Source: Dickeya solani IPO 2222
GTDB taxonomy: Bacteria > Pseudomonadota > Gammaproteobacteria > Enterobacterales > Enterobacteriaceae
Assembly (NCBI RefSeq): GCF_001644705.1
Contig: NZ_CP015137.1
Coordinates: 1,500,001 to 1,532,000, forward strand
Direction: 5' to 3'
DNA length: 32,000 bases
The translations under genes and the position numbers were made by a program. Of the stretch, positions 8,373 through 20,300 are shown in pieces. Every line of letters starts with the position of its first letter. Position 1 is the first letter of the stretch. The notes under the pieces are model-generated. The model did no database searches, was not told the DNA's origin, and saw only the letters and a program-made list of their open reading frames with translations.

Positions 8373-11300
8373 TTAAACATCCAAGACCGTCAAGGTCGAT
8401 ATATCCTCTGGCGACAAACGTTCCGCCAGCATTGTTGGGACAGGAATTTCATCCACTGTCAGTTCTGGCTGTTCCACCATCATGTCCAGTAAGACCAGCA
8501 CGTGGTCGGCAAGCATTTGGATCACGTCCGGTGAAAAATAACTACGGTCATACATAAACGGCAGGCTCAGCTTTCCGTGGGTTTTCAGCAAACCAATCAG
8601 CAATGGTGCGACAGGCTCCCTTTCTTCCAGCGACATGGGTAGCAATCTTTGGGCGAAAGTCGTCACCTCGACAAAGGTATCCCGGTCATTACTGTCAATA
8701 GAAAGGCTGCCCAACAGGGTATGGTCGTGGGCATCCAGCCCTTCAGGGGCGAGTTGCTGATGCAGTGCAACAAAATCAAAGTGCTTATATTTCTGTACTT
8801 GCAACAATGCTTCGTCATAAATGCGCCACACTTGCCGCAGGCTGAAATGAGCGTGCAGCGTTAACACCAGCGGAACCGATGAAGAGAAGTCACCGTAAAC
8901 CGGTTCAAATTCATATCGATCCCTGAGGTTATATGCCATCTGAATCGGCATATTTTCTCCGGTGATCCGATACATTAACGTCGCCAGAGCACAGGTAACG
9001 AGTTGTGTGAGCGTGGTATTTTGGCGACGATTTGATGACTGCAACCGATTAAGCATCTCATCAGAGATATCCAGAGAATAGGCACCCGCTTTTTCCGGCT
9101 TCCCATGCTGTTTATCCGGGCTTCTGCTCAGTGCGATCTGTTTATCCCGTAGCGTAAAAGACGTTCGTTTGTCATGTAATTTGCTCAACCAATATCGGGT
9201 CGCTATCTCCTGATGTTCCCCGAACTGACTCAAGGCAAAATGTGCATATTCAGCCGGCGGTTTGGGGCAATAAAAATCGATGCCGTTGCGCAGTGCTTCA
9301 TAGCGGTGATAGAGCTCTTGCAGAAACATGAACAAAGTAAAACCATCGGCATGGAAATGGTGCGTAACAAAGTAAACGGCCCCCAGATCGGCACCGTTAT
9401 GGGCAAGATACAGCTCAAACATCGGCATCCGATCCGCTTGAAACAACTGCGCATTGACTGATTTCTGAAAACCCGCGAATGTCTGTTCAAACGTTTCTCT
9501 GTCAGAAATATAAGGCCAACAGACTTCCCTGCATTCCAGTATTAAGGCGTCATGAACAACCTGTGCCCATTGTTGACCCACGAATTCAGCACCGGTTCTC
9601 AGAATTGCGTGGTGGCGGACCATATCGTTCAGCGCCTGATTCAGCAATGACAGGTCAACCGGCATATCTATCCAAAAGCCCTGGCCGATATTAAAGGTAG
9701 AGCGCTTTTTCACCTCGGTCTCATGCAGAATAAATGCCTGAATATGGCTGACCGGATAGTAGCGAACCCCCGTCTCTAAACACGACCATAAGCAATCTGG
9801 CCGCTTCACGCGATCAAGCGCATCCCCGGCACGCAGAGCGTTTCGGTAGAACTCAAAACGAAAACCTGTCGCTTCTTTCCAGACGCCGATTCCCTGCTGT
9901 AATAGCAGGCTTAATTCAGTACGGCCCAACGTCATATCCTCGACAGGCGCTGCCGCCAAAGGTAAAGCCAGCGAGACCGACTGAATAAACGCCGGGCGAT
10001 TCTCCGGCATAGCATTGAGGGACACGTGCTCCGACGCCGACGCTGTGGCGAGCGGATAATACGTAGAGAGCGAGGAATCGTGAGCGGTATTTCGTGGACG
10101 ATGGGCAATAACCCAGGCAATCTCCCCGGCAATCAACCGAAGCGATTCTTTCGTCAGCAGATGGGCATCAAACTCAGTAACAAAAGCTGAATTGATCCTG
10201 TTTAGCAGACGTAGTCCCAACAGTGAATCGATACCGTAGCGGGTTACCGGTTCATCCAGATCAATTTCGGCGACAGACAAGCCGGCCAGCTCCGCCAGCA
10301 TACCTGTCAGTTGTTGCGCCAGTTGTTGCGGTACTTCTGCCTGTTGTGATGCTGCCTGTTGCTTCGTTTGGAAATCGGTTGCCTCTTGGCGTAATGCCCC
10401 GGCAGGTCCCTTCCGGACGGCACCGGCCCAGCACAGACGTTTGTCAAAAGGATACCCCGGCAGCGATAACGGGAATTTTTCCGCCGGAGAATAGGCCTGA
10501 TCCATACGGATTTCAGCGCTGAAGTCAGGAGAAAAAAAGTCGACCCCATTGGCATATAACCGGGCCAGAGCCAACAGATTATCGCGGTTTGTCGGAGCGT
10601 GAACCGCCTGACGAACATGTGCAACAGCGGACGAAGCCTCGTTCCCGGCTAATAACTGACGGCCCGAGCTGACTTTACCCTGATAGCCGTTGTCCTCCTG
10701 AGTCAATGCTGCCCCGGCTATCACCTTATCCAGAAAAGAGTGCAATGCATTGGCGTCGGAAACCACACAGGCACACCGATATGAGAAATGACTACGGCGC
10801 AATAATAGGTTTGCTGACAGTTGTTTCAGATCCAACCCATGCTGAGCCCGCATAAAATCTTGCAGATCCCGACAGCGTTGCTGCAAAGCGCGCTCACTCT
10901 TTCCAGACAGCACAATAAACACCGGCGGTTCACCACCGTGCGCCGGTGACTCTCCCTGTAGCGATGATGCGTTCGAAGAGATATTTTCTGGAGACCACTC
11001 TCGTCCCTCCCGATTTTTGTGAGGTTCAGCCACAACAAGGTGAACATTGATCCCCGTCGCCCCTAACGAGCTGATCGCCGCCCGGCGAACCTGTCCAGAG
11101 TCGACCGTCCAGGGAACGGTTTTCGAATTGATATAAAATGGACTTTGTTCCAGCGGTAGCAAAGAGGTCCGGTCTTCCGTATTCGGCGTTCCGGGAATGG
11201 TCCGATGCCGGAGCGCTAACAGCACTTTGAATAGATGATTCATCCCCGCACTGTGGAAAGCATGGCCGATGTTGTTCTCAACGCTCCCCAGCGCACAGAA

Positions 11301-14300
11301 TGGCTGCCTGCCTGATTGAACCAGCCCACCATTCTGCCGAAAGACGTTTGTCAGCGATTCAACTTCTGCGGCATCCGCGGCAGGCATCCCGGCGGCATGG
11401 GCTTCGACCAGAGTGATACTCTGCGGGCGGATATCAAACCGCTGGTATATATCAGATAACAGTTCTTCCTGAGCGCTGGCGCTCGGAGCCATAATCCCAT
11501 TGGTTTTACCGTTGTGATTACTGCCCCAGGCTTCGATCACACCATGAATTCTGTCGCCATCTGCCAGCGCCTGCTGCAATGGTTTTAGAATAACCACGCC
11601 AACAGACTCTCCGGGCATCATGCCAGTGGCATGTGCCGAAAACGCACAGCCACGGTCAGCCGGAGACAACAGTCCGAGACGGGAAGAACTGAGCAACATA
11701 TTCGGTGTGGAATAAATCAGGGCCCCGCCTGCAATCGCCACCTCACACTGGCCCAACACCAGCTGATCACAAGCCTGTGCAACAGCCAACAGCGAAGAAG
11801 CACAACCTGCCTCTACCGTCAGACAAGGCCCTTTCAGGTTCAGGCTGTAAGAGACCCGTCCGGGTACCTGAGACAAGGTAATATTCGGAGCGAAATGCTC
11901 TCCCTCGGCAAAACGTAGCGTATAGTCTCCCCCACTCCCACAGAAAACCCCCCAACGCTTGCCGGACAACGTCTCTGGAATAATCCCCGCATCTTCAATG
12001 GCTTTCCAACTTTCCTGTAAAAACAGGCGCTCACAGGGGTCTAACATTGATGCTTCATGCGGCGATATCTGAAAAAATAGCGGATCGAAATGTTCGACAT
12101 CAGAGAGAAAACCGCCATAGCCGGCATATTCACCATAATTCCCCGGGCTAACTGACCACCCGCGACTCTCCGGTGGCGCGGTAAACGCTGATTGCCCCTG
12201 TTCGAGCAGATGCCAGAAGTCATCGGGATTTTTCGCCCCGGGAAACTGCCCGGACATGCCGATAATCGCGATATGATCTCGGCCCTCCTTACGCGGCTGC
12301 GCTGCCCGTTTCCCGCTTTCACCCGGTGTGGTTTTCCCGGCAGACTTGCCCCGGTAAACCGCCCGACAGCGCTCAGAAATCATTTCAACGCTCTCGCGTT
12401 CAGACAAGAGATGAAAATGATCCCTGGCTTTGGTACGAAATACCTGAGCCCCCGGTAAATAGTGTAGCCATCGCTGACAATGGCTTTCATCGTGAGTCAG
12501 TTCTTCACCCAGAACATGACGATTATTTTCAGCCAGCGCAGACAACTTGCCTTGGTTCTCCGGTCTGTCATCGTATGATGATGTAATCGTCACATAGTGC
12601 AGGTCAATATCATGGGCATTCGGTAACGCGTTCACCGAATAGGCAGCCATAGCTTCGCGGTTGTGTTTAAGGATTTGAGCCATATTCTCAATTTTGTCCT
12701 TCACAACCGATAACGGCTGCTGCACTCCTTTTTTCAGGCACCCTTCAGCCAGCCATGTCACTTGTTTATCTACATCAACACGCATTAATTCCTGTTCGGT
12801 GTAGGCGATCGTGTCAAACGCTATCTGACCTGATGCCAACGCTTCACTCATGCTGTAGTGCAAAAAGAAGTTCGCACTCATCAGTAATGCATCTCGATAA
12901 TAAAACGGTGACGACGCGTGGTTATCCGGCTGCGGAAACGGGGGTTCCAGCAGAATCAGACTCGACACGCTGAACCCTGCCAGTTGCAGCTGTCTGGCCA
13001 TTTCATAGGCAATGATGCCGCCCATTGAATACCCTGCCAGCTCGTATGGCCCGGTCGCATTACTGGCTTGAATGATTTCAATATAGTAACGCGCCATGCT
13101 TTCGATGCTTTCCAGCGGCTGAAACCGGGTAAGAAATCCACGCGACTGAATTCCCCAGATGGCATATTCATCTGCCAGATTTTCAGCAATCTTCAGATAC
13201 AAACCCGTCGAGCCGGTCAGCGGATGAATCCAGAACCGTGAACTTTCAGGCGTCTGTTCATCTTTAATGTGTCTGTCCCGCAGTGGTTTGCTAAGAGGAA
13301 TGCACTCTGGATAGTGTCTCAGCCACGCTCTTTCCGGGCGCTGGCTTTGCAGTCCGGCTATTGTGTTGTCGGATGTCGCCTGCGAATCATCGGCCTCTTT
13401 TTTATCGCCTGTTTCGTGAGCGATAACCGACGCTGCCGCAAATGCGTTTCCCTGCCGGTTGATCGGCGAGGGCGGCATATGGTTGCCAAGATATAAAGAC
13501 AGCGCATCAATACTTGGGTAATCAAAAATGGCGTTGATCGTTAGCCCAGATGCAAACGCCCGGTTAACGGCTTCAATAAAGCCAACCGCATTGATTGAAT
13601 TGAGCCCCAGTTCGGTAAACAGTTGATGGTTCTCGATTTCACTCTCTTCAAAATACAGCGTTTGCATCAGTAAAGAGCGAACCTGACGGGTGATGGCGTC
13701 AAGCTGTGATGTGCCGCTTTTATTCACCGCAGCATCACCCGAAATCACAGCCTTTTTCTCACCAGTAACCGTAGACCGGCTGGTTACCTGGGTCTGAGCC
13801 GTTACCTCGGCAGGTGGAAGATTGGCCCAGTAACGTTTGCCCTGAAAAGGGTAGACCGGCAGACTTATCCGTTGCGGTACTCTCTGCCGCGGTACTCTCT
13901 GTTTCGGTACTATCTGTTTCGGTACTATCTGTTTCGGTACTATCTGTTGCAGCGAGAATGTCTCACGGTATAAATCAAACCAATCCACATTGACGCCGTT
14001 AACCCATGCATCCGCCAGTTCCTGCCATTGTTCCGCGGCGATCCATCCCTGAATCTGGGCAATCTGAGCCGGAGAGTTCTCCTCATCCCATTCATTCTCT
14101 CTTGCCGACCCGGTTACCTCATCGCTGCGTGGTTCGCCATGATAATACGCACCGGGAGCAATATCGCCGCGAATGAACAACGCTAATTTGTCACGCAGCT
14201 CCGTAGTATCAGACACCACAAAAGCCACTCGTTTTGCCATCGCATCTCGCCCGGTTTGCAGGCTATAGGCCAGTTGATCAAGCCGCGTTGCCGGGTGACG

Positions 14301-17300
14301 CTGCAGGAATTGCACAAAGGCCTGAGCATAGGCTTGCAGCGCTGCGGTGGTTTTCGCCGAAATAGGGACGAGCGACGGGCGTGCGGCGATGCCCAACGGA
14401 CGCCGGGCGCCCTCTTTCGGCGGATAGCTATCCGTTCCTGTTAAAGATTCGGGGTCATCGGCAATGTATTCTTCAATCACCGCATGAGCATTGGTGCCGC
14501 TGATCCCCGTCGCGCTGATTGCGCCAAGCCTGGGCTGCTTGCCCTGACGCAACCAAGGTTGATTCTGTTGGTGAATCGTAAAGGGAGTCCGCTCTAATTT
14601 AATGTAGCGGTTACAGGTATCAAATCTATGGGTTGCCGGAATCGTCTGATGAGCCATCGCCTTGAGCATGGCAATGAGGCTCACGACACCGGAAGCGGCA
14701 AAAGTATGCCCAATTAAGGGTTTAATCGAGCCTAAAACACAGCGATGCGAATCGCTGCATCGGCCGGCAAAGGCATCGGTGAGCGCCTGAACCTCAATCG
14801 GGTCACCCAACTGAGAACCGGTGCTGTGGGAAATCACATAGTGAATATTTCCCGGGTCAATCCGGTATCGGTCATAAATATTTTTCAGCAGTTCAGCCTG
14901 GCGAACCGGGTTCGGCGCCGTGATGCCATTGGTTTTTCCATCGTAGTTCACCCCGCTGGCTTTGATGCAGCCATAGATTCGATCGCCATCGGCTTTGGCT
15001 TTTGACAACGGTTTGAGTAAGACTACTGCGACAGCTTCTCCCAGAACCAGCCCATTTGCGCGTTGATCAAACACGCTGGCCTTGCCGTCGGGAGAAAGCA
15101 TTCCCGTCCGGTTCATACTCTGGTACACCCACGGAGTCATCAACAGATTGATTCCTCCGGCCAGCGCCATCTCACAATCCCCCTGACGCAGCGCCAGACA
15201 CGCCTGATGAACAGCAACTAACCCTGATGCACAAGCGGCTGTGAGGGCCATATTCGGGCCTTTCAGATCCAGCGCATAAGAAATACGCGCTGCCAGGGTC
15301 GCATTTTGATTACCGTTTATCGACCCCTGATCGCCGACAATAGCGCCATAATCACTCTCTTCCGCGCCGACATACACACCACAGGACATTCCCCGGATGC
15401 GTTGCCCCATATAGCCGGCATCCTCAAACGTGTGCCAGGCTTCCTGCAGGAAAATGCGCTGCCTGGGGTCCATATCCATCGCGTCTTTTGGCGCAATATC
15501 AAAAAATGCGGCGTCAAATTGCATGATATCCGTCATGAAAGCGCCCCATTGCGGGAGCGTTTCATGCTTATCCCGATCTTCTGACGATCCAGACGGCATG
15601 CTATCGGTGACAGACTGCCAGTCCCAGCGCGGTCCTGACATCTCACCAATACAACTTTCTCCCTGAATCAGTTTCTCCCAGAAGTCATCAATATTATCCG
15701 CCTGCGGAAAACGCCCGCTCATCCCAATCACGGCAATCGGCTCATCCATGACGTCTGAAGCAACCGTGTTGGTTGCCGCAGGAGCCGACTGATGATTCTC
15801 CGTGGTTGTCTTCATCTGCCCGAGCTCGTGGCCCGACGTTGGATTGACGTCTTCCCGCTCGACAGTCAGGTGATTGCTGTCAACTAGCGGGGACATGCTG
15901 ACGGTGTCCGTCTCCGGCGACACCTGACGCGAAAACATGGCATCTAAAGCCTGTGCATGTTCACGACAAAAATATTCCGTCAGCCGTTTAACCGATGAGT
16001 GACCGAAGAGCACAGCAGGCGTGATTTCAACATCAAAATATTTACTCAACTCCCGGGAAAATGATGCCAGCGAGATCGAGTCAAAACCAAAATCAGCAAA
16101 ACTGCTATTCAACCCGATCCGGTCAACCGGCGTGCCCAGTAACCGGCTAATCTGCGTTTTCAGGACGTTACTCACTTCTGTCCGCATGCCTGTCGCATCG
16201 GCGGGCAGCGGTGCACTATGCCCTCCGGAACGCGATGCCGTCTCATGGTCGTGTTTTTGCCCCGCATCACGGATAGCCGCTTGATTGGCGATATCTCCCT
16301 TGCCGCTTACCGGATGATGTTCGGTACGTCCGGCTACCGGCTGTTCTTTCAGCCCCAGAAACCGGGCAACACGACTGGGTTTTCCGGCCATCACCAGATG
16401 TTGCCCTTCGCTTTGCCGCAGCAGTTGTTCAAACACCAGCAACCCTTCTTCGCTTTCAAGGGCGCGTTGGCCACTGGACCTGAGATAAAATTCGGCGCTA
16501 TCCCTGTCACGGATGCCCATTTTCCCTTCTTTCCAGAAAGGCCAGTTAATAATCAGTGTTTTACCACGAAGTTTGCCTTGTTGAACCTGCGCCATCCGGT
16601 GTTTGCCATACCCCATCTGGAAACGGTTCCCCATGGCGTAATCACAAGAGCCAAAATCGCCTAAGAACGCGGCGCTGGAGGAAAAATAACAGACAAAATC
16701 CAACGGGTCCTGCATCAGCAGTTCGTCTAATAATTGCGTCCCTTCAACTTTCGGCCGAAGAATATCTTTGAACGCCTGGCGGGACTTCTCAAATACCGGT
16801 TCACTGGCTTCCAACCCGGCGGTGTGGATAACACCGAGGATCGGCCCCATCAATTGTCTGGCCTGTACCAGATTGAAACGCATGGCGCCGACATCGCAGA
16901 CATCGGCCTGGATATAATGTACCTGCCCCCCCAATTGGGTCAGTTCATCAGCAATCGCTTTGCGGTCTGTATCCATCGCTGAACGCCCGGTCAGTATCAG
17001 CCTGGCTGAATACTGCTGTGCCAGATATCGGGCAAAAATTAATCCCAGCCCACCGAATCCGCCGGTGATCAGGTAGGTTCCTCCTTGTTTAATCCCTGCC
17101 TCTGCCACCGCTGGCTCGGCCAGAGAAACCGGACTGGGTTGAACTTTCAGGATGTATCGCTCGGTGCCTTCATAGCAGACACTTTCGAAATGTTGCCCCG
17201 TCAGCTCCTGATAAAGTATTGATACATAATGTTTAGTGAAAACCGATTGTTTAGTGAAGACCGACTGTTTAGTGAAAACCGGCTGCCCGGTAAACGTCGC

Positions 17301-20300
17301 TTGTTCTCCGACCATACCGGATCCCGGAGCAACACTAACGGCAACCGCACATTGGGTTTTAGGTAATACGGAGGTCAGGGAACGTTCGATACCAATCCAT
17401 GACTCCAGATAAGCACGCTCCAGCGAATGGTGGCTGACACCAGCCAGCAGTAAGCGAGCCGGAGCCATGTTTGTCGCAACCATAGAAGACAACAGCACAT
17501 GTAGCGCGGCGAAGTCTTGTATCTGACCACGCGCCTCCAGTGGCCATAGATATAAAATCGCACTGTGTTGAGGTTGTATCCCGGCAGATTTCAACTGTGC
17601 AAAACAGTGCTGATAACTTTCGGTGTTTTCCTGCGTTGTATCTTGTTGTGGCAGATGAAAACCGCTCACCCCCTCTTCCAGCGCAAGGCGGGATACGAAC
17701 ACAATCGCTGTCTGTGGCGCCAACGCTTTCATCTGAGATTGCAGCAAACGCTGACTTTCCGGCTCCGACAAAAAGCAGATCAAGGTTTTAAACCCATGAT
17801 CTTGCGGGGATGTTGCCGGATGAGGCATCTTCTGCCAGGACTCGGTAAACAACATCAGCGCTTCACGCTCTTCTTGATGCGCTGATTCCGAAGTCAATGC
17901 AGTAGGGGATGATGTATCGGCAGGTGAGGTATCACGAGCAATCCGGCCCAGATCTTCCGGCGCCTGAATCCAATGCCTCTCTCTGGCAAACGGATAACCT
18001 GGCAGGCTGATACGACAGGGCGTCGCTATCGGGTATAGCTGATACCAGTCCACATGAAAGCCTTCCGTCCAGAACCGGGCAATCTTGTGAACGGCATTTT
18101 GTTCTACCCAGCGATGAAGCAGAGCGGTGCTGTCATCTGCTGACATAAATCCCGTATCCCGGCCACTTTCCCTACCGCCACCGCCACGCCAGCAGCGCTC
18201 AGGTAAGACGTCATCCTCGGCAAATGCGACCAGTTTTTTCTGTAACTCCCTGAGATCCTGTACGACAAAAACCACCCGCTCTTCCAGAACCCGCCGTCCA
18301 ACTTGCAGCGTGAAAGCCAGATCCGCAGGATGAATGCCGTCGATATCCGGGTGAGTCTCCAGGAACTGTGCCAGATTTCGGGCCATAACCCGAAGCCGCT
18401 CTTCATTTTTTGCCGATAAAGGGACAATTTTTGCCGATAAAGGAACGTCTTTCGCCGATAAAGAGGCAACCAGCGGCGTATTGTGCCGTTGACTGTTCTC
18501 CGATCTCCGGGAGAGGTGTGGCAGAAACTCTTCAACAATCAGGTGTGCATTCGACCCGGTGGCGCCAAACGAGCTGATCCCCGCCCGCCGCGGGACGTTG
18601 ATCTTTTCGCCTTCTTCGCCCACCGTCGGTTGCTCCCAAGCCTGGGTTTCACGCTGAATATAGAAAGGCGAATTATCCAGTTCCAGGTAAGGGTTAACCT
18701 GCTCTGAATGTAACAGTGAAGGAACCAGTGTCTTATGATGCAACTGGAGAATAACTTTGCTTAGCCCACTGATACCCGCCGCCGACTCAGCATGGCCGAT
18801 GTTCGATTTAACCGAACCGATCGCGCAAAACTGTTGGTCTTTCGTGTGTTGTCTGAAGGCTTTCACCAATCCCTGAACTTCGATCGGATCGCCCAGCGCC
18901 GTCCCCGTACCGTGCGCTTCGATATAACTGATGGTTCGTGGGTCAATTCCGGTTTTTTCGTAGCAACGCAACATCAAATCAGCCTGTGCAACCGGGCTTG
19001 GTACCGTAATCCCGCTCACTTGCCCAACGTGGTTGATGGTGCTGCCCTTGATTACCGCATAAATATTGTCCCGATCCTTAACCGCCTGCGACAGCGGTTT
19101 GAGCAATACAGCCCCCACCCCTTCGCCAGAGACAAAGCCATTGCCGCCGTCACCGAAAGTTCGGCAACGACCATCGGTGGAATACATATCGGCCAGCCCA
19201 TAAGTCATATACTTATAGGGATGCAACGACAGGTTTACCCCGCCGGCTAATGCAATTTTACTTTCTCCTCTGTGCAGACTTTCCAGAGCCAGATGCAACG
19301 CGGTCAGGGATGAAGAGCACACCGTATCTACGGCAAAAGAAGGGCCGTGGAAACCGCAGAAATAAGAGACTCGGTTAGCAATGGGGGCATAATTCATCGA
19401 TAGCGGCATTACCTGACCGCGATTGACGATTTCAGACGCGATCAAGGCGTAATCATTATGCATTACCCCAACAAAAACACCGACATCACGGCGCTTATTA
19501 AGCCCCTGTTCTGCAACCAGCGTCTCCGGGGTGTAGCCCGCATCTTCGATTGCCGCCCAGCATGTTTCCAGAAATAATCGTTCCTGAGGATCTAACCACT
19601 GCGCTTCTCTGGGAGAAACCCGGAAAAACTGTGCGTCAAAACAGTCCACATCCTCGATAAATCCCCCCCATTGAGGAATCGGTCGGCCAGAAGGCGACGT
19701 AATGCCATCCAGCACGCTTTTCTGCCATCTCGACCCAGGAATTTCGGTCACACAGTCCTTACCGGCTTTGAGATTCTCCCAAAACTCAGCCATATGTTTC
19801 GCACCGGGATAGCGCCCTGACATCCCGATCACCGCAATATCTTCGCTTTCCGATGCGTTCTGTATGATTGATGATGAATGGGAAGCGGCCTGCCTGGCGT
19901 TTATCGGCTCACTACCGGCCTGATTGATGCCTGCTGAAATGCCCGAATCCGGTAACGTACCCGATGCCAACTGATGCGCGTTGTCCCGTTCTGTGACCGT
20001 TGCAACATCAGGCGCCATGTCGGCAAGCGACCTGAACGATTCCGGGTACCGTTCCAGCAGATACTCGGCCAGTGCACCGACGGTGGCATATTCAAACAGT
20101 AAAGTCGGATTCAGCTTTACCTTGAGCGACTGTTCCAGTGACTGCACCATTTGCAACAGTCCCGCCGAATCCAACCCCAACTCGTAATAACCGATATCGC
20201 TCTCGATCTCTTCCGTGCTTTTCGCCAACGTATCGGCAAGTATCTTTTTCAGAATATTTTCAGCACGTTCCAATGCTGAATCATTCTCATCCGACGATAT

